A DNA stretch of 64,000 nt. It comes from a virus. The stretch is from IMG/VR virus record IMGVR_UViG_3300030329_006012, positions 64,001 to 128,000 of that record; one strand, 5' to 3'. Below are positions 8,530 to 18,466 of this stretch, piece by piece. The translations under genes were made by a program, and so were the position numbers. Each line of letters opens with the position of its first letter. Position 1 is the first letter of the stretch. The notes beneath the pieces were generated by a model. It saw only the letters and a list, made by a program, of their open reading frames with translations, was not told the origin of the DNA and did no database searches.

Positions 8530-10329
8530 GGAGTAAATCCATTTGCTGGATACTCTTGGTCTGCCAGTGTTAGGAGCATGGTTGAGCCCGACGGCTTTAT
8601 CTCTCCTTCTGCATGGGCTGCCCTTCCGGCTTCAAATGTTGAACCGTGGGACGCTATTAAGGACAATGCTGAATGGCTTGGCCTATGGAACACCTATGCA
8701 TCTGCCCAGATAGAGCATGCTCGCCAATATTGGGAGTGGCTCGCTCTTTGGGAGGGTGGCAAACCACCTTCTTCAGTAGAGGCACTGGCTGATGCTGCAA
8801 AAGATGCCCAAACCGCGCTGCAAAACGCCATCAATGATGGAGAAGTCGGCCGCGCTGTAGCTGGAGCATATTTAGCAGCAGGCGTCCAAGATAAGAGAGA
8901 TATAGACTCTTACTCTACTGATATGATGGATGAGGCGAAAAAATCATATGACGCGGAGCGAAAAGTCATGTTTGGTCAACTGAAAGACTTTGAAAGGCTT
9001 GTCGTGGATATGAGAAGAAAGTTCACTATTGGTGTCCGAGAAATGCTCATCGAAGCAGCTAAGTCTAGTTCCGGAGTAATTAATGATCATCCGGTCATTT
9101 CTTATACTGGAAGTTACACCATCAACGTGCTTCAGGGCGATGCCGCACCAGACCTTTTGGCTGGCGTGACTGCTACTGATGACCAAGACGGTGATTTGAC
9201 AGCTTCAATTGTCGTAGATGACGATGGCCTCGACATGAGTGAGGTTGGGTCATACACTATCGTTTATAGTGTTACAGATTCCAACGGCTCTGAGTCGTCC
9301 AATAATCGAATGGTTCAGGTTGAGCCAGATGTCAACTCTTTGTTGGCTTCTGATCTTCCGGTACCAACCCTTGACGGGTTTGATTCTGAAGGACGAGCTG
9401 TTATCTCAACAGGAGAAATAAGTCTCCCATTTAATCCTAATCATTTTTATTATGCGGATTCAAATGGAGATAGGTACTTCCTAGAGCTCAAGACCGGATG
9501 GTATCGCTTTGGCGACACTTCCAATGTTGTGTGGGGATCCAGTGTCCTTCTTAATGCAAATGCATCGCAATGGACAGAAGACGAGAATGGCAGATTTGTC
9601 AGTCCCGGCTGGACCTATGCGATGTCGTGTCAAGACGGTACTCCAGAGAACTACACGAATTCTTCGGCCTATGGCAAGAAAATATATGACGGTGACACCT
9701 ACTGGTACAAGTTAGATTGGAGGAAGTATAACCAGAACACATATCAATATACCGATGTGCACAATTCTGGTGATACACTTTCCGTCTCGCTTCCATCAAG
9801 GCCGGCTCCAACATTTCCTGCAATTGTGACAACGGATGTTTCATTTGTTCCTGACAACTTGCGAGACAATCCCCACAATGTAGCTGGAATTTTGGATTTT
9901 GAAATGCCTTGGAGGTTTACGCAAGATCCAAGTTCATACATGGACAGTGGCAACAGAGTAGTTCTGGATAATGGAGATACGCTATATGCTCAAGCCCACA
10001 CCAGAACCAAGGTTTTCCGCGATGGAGAGCAGATAGCGTGGTCTGGCTGGTCTCAGCGTTGGGGATCCGATTATACTTATGTCGATTTAGTCGATGACGG
10101 AAACGGATTGTATCAGATCACCAATGGTGGTACAGACACAAGAACACTTAACTTCTGGAATCACAGCACTCAAGAACTATCTTACGAAATGCAGTGGGGC
10201 GATACAGTACGCTTGACTCATGGTATGGTTCTTTATTTGTACGATGCCGATGGCAACTATGTTGCGTCGCTGGACAACTTTGGTGTAACACCAATGGTTA
10301 GCGAATTTGTTCTAGAAGAAGACGAATAA
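8473..10329 (+). CDS. C-terminal extension of the coiled-coil fibre (reached by -1 frameshift) or standalone protein from ATG 8578; contains Ig-like domain
   Basis: Frame open from 8467 to 10326; PVISYTG...GVTATDDQDGDLT.SIVV...D.SEVGSYTIVYSVTDSNG Ig-like (DUF5011/HYR-type) motif; AGGAG lies only 1 nt before ATG 8578. Confidence 0.8.
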   Translation, partial: SVEGSSGSKPDFSGNFPDPGVNPFAGYSWSASVRSMVEPDGFISPSAWAALPASNVEPWDAIKDNAEWLGLWNTYASAQIEHARQYWEWLALWEGGKPPSSVEALADAAKDAQTALQNAINDGEVGRAVAGAYLAAGVQDKRDIDSYSTDMMDEAKKSYDAERKVMFGQLKDFERLVVDMRRKFTIGVREMLIEAAKSSSGVINDHPVISYTGSYTINVLQGDAAPDLLAGVTATDDQDGDLTASIVVDDDGLDMSEVGSYTIVYSVTDSNGSESSNNRMVQVEPDVNSLLASDLPVPTLDGFDSEGRAVISTGEISLPFNPNHFYYADSNGDRYFLELKTGWYRFGDTSNVVWGSSVLLNANASQWTEDENGRFVSPGWTYAMSCQDGTPENYTNSSAYGKKIYDGDTYWYKLDWRKYNQNTYQYTDVHNSGDTLSVSLPSRPAPTFPAIVTTDVSFVPDNLRDNPHNVAGILDFEMPWRFTQDPSSYMDSGNRVVLDNGDTLYAQAHTRTKVFRDGEQIAWSGWSQRWGSDYTYVDLVDDGNGLYQITNGGTDTRTLNFWNHSTQELSYEMQWGDTVRLTHGMVLYLYDADGNYVASLDNFGVTPMVSEFVLEEDE

Positions 10330-10383
10330 TAATTTTACAAATGGGGCCCTCTCTGCGGAGAGCGAACCATAATAATAATTTCC

Positions 10384-10413
10384 AAAGCACCCCCCTTGCG
10401 GGGGTGCTTTTTT
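10384..10413 (+). terminator. rho-independent terminator
   Basis: AAAGCACCCCC-CTTGC-GGGGGTGCTTT followed by T run. Confidence 0.85.
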
Positions 10414-10481
10414 ATGTAAACTGTAGTGGGGGCCCCAAAGTGATGTTTTTTTTGAAAAAATGGTGTTTACGGAATATAAGC

Positions 10482-10489
10482 ACTATTTA
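10482..10489 (+). promoter_or_regulatory. candidate late promoter motif ACTAHTTA upstream of scaffold/MCP operon
   Basis: ACTATTTA, preceded by TTTAC 11 nt upstream; motif recurs intergenically ten times. Confidence 0.55.
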
Positions 10490-10546
10490 TATTAGATAAA
10501 AGCCCCATTCTGGCTCTAAAATAAAGATTTTAACAGGAGTAATCAC

Positions 10547-11578
10547 ATGTCAAATATGTTCGAACAAGCAATCATCGATGCGACAGCCCTTAAAGAAGCG
10601 GCATTAAAGAATGCAGAAGCAGAAATTGTTGAAAAGTATGCACCCGAAGTAAAAAAGGTTATGGAAAGTATTCTTGAAGCAGAAGATGAAGATCTTGCTG
10701 ATGAGGACGCCCTTGATATGGGTATGCCAATGGACGCCTCCGTGGAAGATCCTACGGCTATGGAATTGCCACTGGGCGCTGCAGCCGGCGAGAACGCTTG
10801 CCCGTGCCCAGACGAAGATGAGGAGGTCGTATTAGACCTGCCTGGCTTGGCTGCCATCGTAGCGGCCGAAGAACCAGCAATCGATGATCTAGAAAACACC
10901 GAAACTGCACTGGATCTTGATAATGCCGAGGAAGAGCTTCCACTTGAAGAGGAAGACGTGCTGTCCACGGTAGTGGCAGAACTCCTTGGTGAAGAAGAAA
11001 TTGAAGAAAATACCGAAACCCTTGAAGAAGAGGAAACTGTAGAAGAAGTATCTCTCGAAGAAGGGTGCTCTGACGAAGAAAAAGTCTCAGAAGAAAAGCA
11101 GACGAACGAATCAGTCGATTTAAGTAAAATCGCGGGAAAAACAAAAGAACTTTTAGGAACTATCAAGGCCCTCCAAGAGCAGAATGATAATTTCAAAGAA
11201 GGTAACACGAAACTGTTATCTAAAATGAACGAGCAAAAGGATTCTATCCAGAAGCTCACCACGACGTTGGAAGAACTTAGTCTCCAAAATGCAAAACTAC
11301 TTTATGTTAACGAAGTATTAAAGACCGACTCCCTGAATGAGCGACAGAAGCAAATTGCTGTCGAGGCACTTCAAGAAGCAAAGTCAGTTGAGCATGCAAA
11401 GACTGTTTTCGACACACTTCAAAGCACAGTGGTGTCCACCAAGAGGCAAACCGGACGACCTGAATCACTAAGCGAAGTAGTTAGCAACAAGACGTCGATT
11501 AAAATGCCTCGACGCAAAGAACAAAAAATATCTAATCCTCATGAAAACCGTTGGAAACTTCTGGCGGGGATTAAATAA
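10547..11578 (+). CDS. prohead scaffolding/core protein (T4 gp22-like)
   Basis: 343 aa, very acidic middle, coiled-coil C-half, RWKLLAGIK end, directly upstream of MCP. Confidence 0.75.
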   Translation: MSNMFEQAIIDATALKEAALKNAEAEIVEKYAPEVKKVMESILEAEDEDLADEDALDMGMPMDASVEDPTAMELPLGAAAGENACPCPDEDEEVVLDLPGLAAIVAAEEPAIDDLENTETALDLDNAEEELPLEEEDVLSTVVAELLGEEEIEENTETLEEEETVEEVSLEEGCSDEEKVSEEKQTNESVDLSKIAGKTKELLGTIKALQEQNDNFKEGNTKLLSKMNEQKDSIQKLTTTLEELSLQNAKLLYVNEVLKTDSLNERQKQIAVEALQEAKSVEHAKTVFDTLQSTVVSTKRQTGRPESLSEVVSNKTSIKMPRRKEQKISNPHENRWKLLAGIK

Positions 11579-11608
11579 TCTAACTACAAGAAAAAGGAGA
11601 CTTTAAAA

Positions 11609-13297
11609 ATGTCTATTTTAGGAAAACTTACTGAAGGTATTGTTGACCGTGATCTCTCCAAAGAAGGAACAGCCCTCTTAAACAAGTGGGAACAAACTGG
11701 CCTATTGGAAGGTCTTGGCAGCGACCGAGATAAAAATTATATGAGCCGCTTACTCGAAAACCAAGCAAAAGAACTTCTTCGTGAAGCTTCATCTATGGCC
11801 GGTGGCGATGTCGAAGGTTTTGCAGCTGTTGCATTCCCTATCGTTCGTCGTGTATTCGGTGGATTGATTGCTAACGATTTAGTTTCAGTTCAGCCCATGA
11901 GCTTGCCTTCTGGTCTGATCTTCTTCATGGATTTTACTTTAGGTACAGATCGTGGAGAGCAAGACGACCTTAAGGGAACGTCCGTATATGGCGGTGGAAA
12001 AGTCGCTTCGGAAATCACCGGAGGCGTATCTTTGACTGGCGCAAACGCTGATGAGAGTTTTTATAACTTGAACAGTGGTTACAGCTCACCTACTGGTTCT
12101 GTTTCAGTCGCTTTGGGAACTTCCACTACTCAGCTATCCGCTGCAGTGGATAATGCCGACTTGAATGTACCCCAAAAAGCTGCATTGCGTTTCGACCCTG
12201 ATGCTATCGCCAATACTGGTGCCGCGTATATTCAGCTTACTGCCGCTCTCGGCGCAACGATGAACTCTGTTAACTTAGAGAACCTTATCGATGTTGCTTG
12301 TGATGGCTTGGGTACTGACCGAATGATTCGTCGCTTGACTACTCGTGATGGGAACAACCTTATCATTACTCTGATTGCAGACAATGGTACGATTGCCTTC
12401 ACACCAGGAACTTCTGTAAATCTCAGCTATCCCTTGAAGGATGCATTTACTGATAGTGGCATTGCTTTAGGTGCTGTTGCAGGTACTGACCCTTGGGGTC
12501 TTGAAGGTGCAGGCGACGCAGGTTCAGTATATGACGGTTTAGCTCGTGATGAGATTCCAGAAATCGACATCAAAGTTGACAGTGTTGCTGTGACCGCAGT
12601 TACCAAAAAGTTGAAAGCAAAGTGGAGCCCTGAATTGGGTCAAGACTTGAACGCTTATCACAACCTCGACGCCGAAGTTGAATTGACAAGTATTCTCTCT
12701 GAGCAAATTGCTTTAGAAATCGATCAGGAAATCCTGAACGACTTGGTAAAAGGCGCTACTGCCAGCACTTATTACTGGAGCCGACGTCCTGGCAACTTTG
12801 TTGACCGTGACTCTGGCTTGTCTGTAACTGCCGACTTTACCGGTACTGTTTCTGAATGGTACGAGACACTTCTCGAAGTTGTCAACGACGTATCAGCTCA
12901 GATTCACCGCAAAGTGCTTCGCGGCGGAGCTACCTTCTTGGTTTGTTCCCCTGAAGTTGCGAACATCCTCGAATTCACTGCTGGCTTCCGTGCCAAAGTG
13001 ACTCACGATGATGACAAAGGTACTGCCGGTACTGTTAATGTTGGTACTTTGAGTGGAAAATGGGACGTCATGGTTGATCCTTACTTCCCACGTAACGTAA
13101 TTTTGGTTGGCCGCAAGGGCACCAACTTTCTCGAAAGTGGTTACGTTTACTCCCCATATGTTCCGTTGCAAGTCACTCCTACCATTTTTGGTCCCGAAGA
13201 CTTCACCCCTCGCAAGGGCGTGATGACTCGCTATGCCAAGAAGATGGTGCGTCCTGACATGTACGGCTTGGTTATCGTCGAAGATTTACTCGGCTAA
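11609..13297 (+). CDS. gp23: major capsid protein (T4 gp23-like)
   Basis: FPIVRRVFGGLIANDLVSVQPMSLPSGLIF, KLKAKWSPELGQDLNAYH.LDAEVEL, EIDQEIL, YSPYVPL, KGVMTRY motifs. Confidence 0.97.
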   Translation: MSILGKLTEGIVDRDLSKEGTALLNKWEQTGLLEGLGSDRDKNYMSRLLENQAKELLREASSMAGGDVEGFAAVAFPIVRRVFGGLIANDLVSVQPMSLPSGLIFFMDFTLGTDRGEQDDLKGTSVYGGGKVASEITGGVSLTGANADESFYNLNSGYSSPTGSVSVALGTSTTQLSAAVDNADLNVPQKAALRFDPDAIANTGAAYIQLTAALGATMNSVNLENLIDVACDGLGTDRMIRRLTTRDGNNLIITLIADNGTIAFTPGTSVNLSYPLKDAFTDSGIALGAVAGTDPWGLEGAGDAGSVYDGLARDEIPEIDIKVDSVAVTAVTKKLKAKWSPELGQDLNAYHNLDAEVELTSILSEQIALEIDQEILNDLVKGATASTYYWSRRPGNFVDRDSGLSVTADFTGTVSEWYETLLEVVNDVSAQIHRKVLRGGATFLVCSPEVANILEFTAGFRAKVTHDDDKGTAGTVNVGTLSGKWDVMVDPYFPRNVILVGRKGTNFLESGYVYSPYVPLQVTPTIFGPEDFTPRKGVMTRYAKKMVRPDMYGLVIVEDLLG

Positions 13298-13323
13298 TCA
13301 AAACCAATACATAATATATGAAG

Positions 13324-13348
13324 AACCCGTCCTTGTGGCGGGTTTTTT
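13324..13348 (+). terminator. rho-independent terminator after MCP
   Basis: AACCCG...CGGGTT stem followed by T run. Confidence 0.8.
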
Positions 13349-13419
13349 ATTTGTGCTTCCTTTACTTGGAAAATATACTACTTACTAAATGAATTATAAT
13401 ATCTTATGAGGTATCCCGC

Positions 13420-14673
13420 ATGGCAGCTCCCGTCTTAACTCCAAAAAGCAATTCCAGCGTCTCCGTTCTTCCTGTAACGGGAACACAAGGAAACGTCTTA
13501 CCGGCTCTTGCCACAAAAGTATACAAAACCAGCGATTTCGTCTCTGGCGCACTAGACCAGGTCACCTACACTTACCGCAAATTAGGCGGTGATGTACTTG
13601 ACCTTGAAATCAAAGAAGAGAGTGTCTATGCTGCGTATGAGGAAGCTTGCCTAGAGTATTCGTACCTCATCAACATCCATCAGTCGAAGAACATCCTCTC
13701 TGATGTCCTCGGCGCCCAGACCGGAACTTTCGATCACAAGGGCGAGATGAAAGCTGGCGTCCTGAGCTCATCTCTTGGCGGCGACCATGTTAGCTTAAAA
13801 TATCCACTGTTTGATTATGCATATGCTCGCCGAGTTGCAGACGGTATTTCACAAGAAGCTAATGTCGGCGGCAGCGCCACTGTGTATTCGGCATCTTTTG
13901 ACATTAAAAATCAAGTGCAGGATTATGATCTGCAGGAGATTATCATGGCTAGTGGCTCCTCATTTAGCGGCAGCGTAGATAATAAAAAGATCCTAATTAA
14001 GAAGGTGTTTTATAAGACTCCAAGGGTTATGTGGAGGTTCTTTGGGTATCAGGGCGGCCTAAATGTTATTGGCAATCTAACGTCTTATGGGCAGTATGCA
14101 GATGACAGTACATTCCAAGTCGTTCCGGTGTGGGAGAACAAACTTCAGGCAATGGCCTATGAGGATGCCCTTTATACCAGAACATCTCAGTGTTCTTATG
14201 AATTAAGAAACAATAAGTTAAGGATTTTTCCAAACCCATCTGCATACAACATTGAGAAGATGTGGTTTGAATTTACGATACCTGGAAACAACTGGGAAGC
14301 CGAAGGCGACACCGATATTGGTATAGATGGCATCAACAACATGAACACCCTTCCTCTGGATAATATCCCCTATGAGAACATCAACTCTATTGGTAAGCAG
14401 TGGATTCGAAGATTCGCATTGTCACTGAGCAAGGAAACACTCGGCCTTACGAGAAGCAAGTTTGCCACAATACCGATTCCTGGCGAGTCTGTTACATTAA
14501 ACGGTGAGCAACTGGCTTCGCAGGCAAGAGAAGAACAAGAAAAACTTCGAGAAGAGCTCAAGACGATCTTAGACGAAATGACCTATGGTCAGTTGATGTC
14601 TAGTGATGCTGAGTTGATTGAGAACGCAAACAAGATACAACAGAAAATCCCCTTACTTATCTTTGTGGGATAA
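13420..14673 (+). CDS. neck / head-tail adaptor protein (T4 gp13-like)
   Basis: 417 aa; YRKLGGDVLDLEI, WIRRFALSLSKETLG..RSKF..IPIPG..VTLNG..L pattern; position after MCP. Confidence 0.75.
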   Translation: MAAPVLTPKSNSSVSVLPVTGTQGNVLPALATKVYKTSDFVSGALDQVTYTYRKLGGDVLDLEIKEESVYAAYEEACLEYSYLINIHQSKNILSDVLGAQTGTFDHKGEMKAGVLSSSLGGDHVSLKYPLFDYAYARRVADGISQEANVGGSATVYSASFDIKNQVQDYDLQEIIMASGSSFSGSVDNKKILIKKVFYKTPRVMWRFFGYQGGLNVIGNLTSYGQYADDSTFQVVPVWENKLQAMAYEDALYTRTSQCSYELRNNKLRIFPNPSAYNIEKMWFEFTIPGNNWEAEGDTDIGIDGINNMNTLPLDNIPYENINSIGKQWIRRFALSLSKETLGLTRSKFATIPIPGESVTLNGEQLASQAREEQEKLREELKTILDEMTYGQLMSSDAELIENANKIQQKIPLLIFVG

Positions 14674-14684
14674 GGAGGCGATAA

Positions 14685-17600
14685 GTGTCAGATAACGACA
14701 ACAAATGGGAACAACCGGCAGCTCCTCCTCCCCCTCTGTTTACGGGTAAGAAAGAAAAAGACCTCGTAAAACAGGTGACTGATGAGGTCATTGAACGTGT
14801 TATTGGCACGTCCATACTTTACTACCCCATCAGCCTTGCACATTCAGATTACCATCCGCTCTATGGCGAGGCCATAAAGAAGACCTATCTGCCTCCCGTC
14901 CACGTAGAAGTGCTTGCAGAGTGGGAGGGCGAAGAGACAACCACTACGGGATTTGGCATAGATAAGAAATCTTCTGTGACCATTCACTTCCACAAGCGCC
15001 GCCTGACGGAAGATCAGAATTTATTCGTCCGAGAGGGAGATTTCATCCAATATGGCGAGCAGAAGTACGAGATCATCACCCTTGGGCAACCAAAGCAGCT
15101 ATTTGGCCAGCCAGACTCTAAGATAGAGATTTCGGCCAAGTGTATTCGCGCCAGAGACGGCACTTTCCCATCGGAAGCATACCCCAATCCGGAAGAAGAT
15201 GATCCGCGATTCACCGCACCACCAGCCTGCGATCCAGTTCATGAAATACGAGTTTTAACGGGAGATACCACATCTACTGGCGGCGCCGGAGAGCAGCCAT
15301 GCGAACAGGTCTACGAGAGACCCGGCACCCCGCCACCACCACTCTTTACAGGCAAGAAAGAGTCGAACTTGGTGAAGCAGGTCGGAGATGAACTACTAGA
15401 GAGGGTCATTGGCCAGCAAATAGTTTATTTTCCAATCTCTCTAGGAAACTCAGATTATCACGAGCTCTACGGAGAGTCAATAAATAAGACTTTTTTGCCA
15501 CCCATTAGGGTTTTCGCCGCCGTAGACTGGAAGGGCAGCGATACAACCACCACTAATTTTGGGATTGACAGGAAGTCCGAGATTGAGGTGAAGTTTCACA
15601 AGAGGCGCCTCACAGAAGACCAAAATCTCTTTGTCCGCGAAGGTGATTTTGTCCTCTATGGTAAAATATTGTATGAGATCGTTACAGTCGGCCAACCCAG
15701 ACTTCTTTTCGGAAAGATAGATGAGAAGTATGAGGTTGTTGCAAGCTGCATTAGGGCTAGAGAAGGAACTTTCAGGCTATCAGAGGTGCAGGGTACAGTT
15801 AGTGAGTTTGATCTTGATTCTGTAACGGCATGCGAAAATGCCAATCTCGTAATTCCCGACGGCGTTGATAATACCATGTCAAATGTTGGCGCTGGAGCAG
15901 GGGTATTTAAGAATAAGACAGGCATCAACTTTAACATGAAAACTTTGGTGGAGGGGGACAACATAACCCTCACTTCCACTGCAGATGAGATAACCATCAA
16001 TTCTGTTGGTGCAGGCGGTGATTGGGATGGACAGAGAGATGGCGACGCAGCGATTACGGGGTCTCTTGTAGTGACCGACTCCACCTTTTTTGGAGACGCC
16101 CTTAGCGACACTCACACGTTTACAGGCTCAATCCTCCAAACAGGCTCAGGTGGGACATCTATATTTAATGATGAAGTCCGCGTTGCGGGAAATTTTTCTG
16201 CATCGTATCTTTCTGGCGACGGCTCCGGCCTTACCGGAGTAACAGGAGATTGGGATGGTCAACACATTGGCAACGCAGCAATTACAGGTAGCTTAGAGGT
16301 CTTAAATTCAACCACTTTCGGGGCCCTCTCAACAGACGTACACAAATTCACAGGATCTCTTCAAATCGGTAGCGCATCGGCCCAACACGCATCTAACTTA
16401 TCTCACGGAGGCGTACCAGCCTTCGAGGTTAGAAACAATGGACAACTTAGAACTAAAAACGACGGCGCCAAAGGATTTGAATTCGTGTCCGAGAATACCC
16501 CCAACGGCGGCGGCGGCAATGTTGCCACATTTTATATGGGCGACACCGATCCCGAAAACCCGAAAGAGGTTATGCGATTGGACAGAGCCGGCGGCTTTTA
16601 TGGCAAAGAAGCTCTGCATCTTACGTCACAGGGCTCTGGAGACAACAGGGATGTCCGCATCGCCGGCGCCTTTGATGAGGCGGGCGGCCATGCCGGCATC
16701 TCTCCCTATTATGACGCTACTGACGACGGATTAACCGGCTCCATGCTTGGGAGAGCTCACAAGAGGTGGAAAGAGGTCCACGCGAGAACAGCGTCTTTTG
16801 AAGAAGCCCGAAAGGTGGTTCCAACCACCTCCATCAATCATCACGGCTACGAACCCTACCTGGCAAACCACAACTATCTAACAAACTTTACAGCATGGGG
16901 GAACCCTAGTGTCTATGACCCGCTTACCAACAACATACTGGCGCGAGGAGATATCAAATTTGATATAAGTAGAACAGTGTATGACTCGGCCGGAGTGGAG
17001 ATTGCAAGTGATGCCTCTGGCAATATTGCCTATCCCGCAGGTCCACTTAGCAATACTGGGCTTGGGCTCCCATTCGATGGGGTCTATCAACAGTTGTGCT
17101 GGAACCCGCTAACGGCGAGCACCGTCATTAAGACAAACATTGATTTCACTACTAACGAATACTATGGCCCGGCAACCTCATCTATAGTCTACTCTCTTGG
17201 GAAGGTGGTGGTCCACTATGCCTCTAACGCAACCGGATCGTCCGTATCGGGGAGAATAAGGAGATACGACAAGAACCTCAGCTCCTCATTTTGGCATCCA
17301 CTGGATAACCTGCAAGATATTTCCACAGATCCCAGATACACAATTCATATGCTGGATATCCCCAATTACAACTATATGGAGGAGCTAGAAATCTCTATAA
17401 CAGCATCTGAAAATGGCTACAATCTGGGCGGCGCCCCCTCTTATATGGCTATCTCGGAAATTGAGTGCTTCCTTGACAATCTCATTCCCTATAATCACAA
17501 TCTGCCCAAAATTGATGGATATAGCGACAATGCTATGTACGGCGACTTGGATATGCGAGGAGGGAATGATCAAAAGAATATCGTTTTAGATGCCAGCACC

Positions 17601-18464
17601 GGAGATATTACGATGTCTGGCACTCTTTCAACTCATGGGGTGACAATGAGGGGCCACATCCTGCCAGATGAGGACGACGTTTATGACATAGGATCGCCAT
17701 CTAAGCAGATTAGAGATATCTATGTGTCCACCGGATCGATCATTTTTGGCGGCACTCACGCGATAAGTATTGATCCCGAATCCAACGGCTTTTCCTTTGG
17801 TGTGGTGGACGGCGTAGATGTTCCAGCCGCTGGCTTTACTATACCGCAATTAACTAACGAAGAACTCTCCTCTTTGCAGCCCAAAAACGGAACAATGGTC
17901 TATGACACCACTCAGGAAAAATTCCTTTTTTGTCAAGGCGGAGAATGGCTCTCGCTGGGATCTCAATCCGGAGGAGGAGAACAACCTACGATTCCACGAG
18001 GATCGGGAATCCTCAGCCTGACGGATGATGGCGACGGCCCCAATCGTCAGCTGCTGGAGGAGTATGCGGAGAATTCTGTTAGTTATTCTGGGAAGAGTTT
18101 ATATTTGGCCAATGTATCGGGAATACCACTAGAAGCATTCAGCCAAGGTGCCAAGTTCTACTTTAATGAAGGTGGTGTGTGGCACCCATCCCACTTTTTC
18201 AGCAATGATAAGGTTGAGTATCAAGGCGATCCGATTTATCCTGATATGCAAGATATATTATCTCTCAATGGTGCATCCGCTGCAGATCGGGCAATTCTCA
18301 CCGGATTGGATCAAAATGCGTCATCTTACGGCGGCCGAGCTATTTACTTAGGTGCAACCGGAAGTGCTCCCATTGGAGTGTTTTCCCAAGAGAATAAATA
18401 CTACTTTAATGAAGGTGGGGTTTGGCATGCCAGCAGCTTCTATACACTGAAGGATGAGGATTAA
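14685..18464 (+). CDS. neck/head-closure protein (two tandem T4 gp14-like domains) fused to a fibre-like region
   Basis: 1259 aa; two copies of PPPLFTGKKE...FGID.KS....FHKRRLTEDQNLFVREGDF; then GDWDGQ..G.AAITGSL repeats and two YFNEGGVWH modules. Confidence 0.75.
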   Translation: MSDNDNKWEQPAAPPPPLFTGKKEKDLVKQVTDEVIERVIGTSILYYPISLAHSDYHPLYGEAIKKTYLPPVHVEVLAEWEGEETTTTGFGIDKKSSVTIHFHKRRLTEDQNLFVREGDFIQYGEQKYEIITLGQPKQLFGQPDSKIEISAKCIRARDGTFPSEAYPNPEEDDPRFTAPPACDPVHEIRVLTGDTTSTGGAGEQPCEQVYERPGTPPPPLFTGKKESNLVKQVGDELLERVIGQQIVYFPISLGNSDYHELYGESINKTFLPPIRVFAAVDWKGSDTTTTNFGIDRKSEIEVKFHKRRLTEDQNLFVREGDFVLYGKILYEIVTVGQPRLLFGKIDEKYEVVASCIRAREGTFRLSEVQGTVSEFDLDSVTACENANLVIPDGVDNTMSNVGAGAGVFKNKTGINFNMKTLVEGDNITLTSTADEITINSVGAGGDWDGQRDGDAAITGSLVVTDSTFFGDALSDTHTFTGSILQTGSGGTSIFNDEVRVAGNFSASYLSGDGSGLTGVTGDWDGQHIGNAAITGSLEVLNSTTFGALSTDVHKFTGSLQIGSASAQHASNLSHGGVPAFEVRNNGQLRTKNDGAKGFEFVSENTPNGGGGNVATFYMGDTDPENPKEVMRLDRAGGFYGKEALHLTSQGSGDNRDVRIAGAFDEAGGHAGISPYYDATDDGLTGSMLGRAHKRWKEVHARTASFEEARKVVPTTSINHHGYEPYLANHNYLTNFTAWGNPSVYDPLTNNILARGDIKFDISRTVYDSAGVEIASDASGNIAYPAGPLSNTGLGLPFDGVYQQLCWNPLTASTVIKTNIDFTTNEYYGPATSSIVYSLGKVVVHYASNATGSSVSGRIRRYDKNLSSSFWHPLDNLQDISTDPRYTIHMLDIPNYNYMEELEISITASENGYNLGGAPSYMAISEIECFLDNLIPYNHNLPKIDGYSDNAMYGDLDMRGGNDQKNIVLDASTGDITMSGTLSTHGVTMRGHILPDEDDVYDIGSPSKQIRDIYVSTGSIIFGGTHAISIDPESNGFSFGVVDGVDVPAAGFTIPQLTNEELSSLQPKNGTMVYDTTQEKFLFCQGGEWLSLGSQSGGGEQPTIPRGSGILSLTDDGDGPNRQLLEEYAENSVSYSGKSLYLANVSGIPLEAFSQGAKFYFNEGGVWHPSHFFSNDKVEYQGDPIYPDMQDILSLNGASAADRAILTGLDQNASSYGGRAIYLGATGSAPIGVFSQENKYYFNEGGVWHASSFYTLKDED

Positions 18465-18466
18465 TA

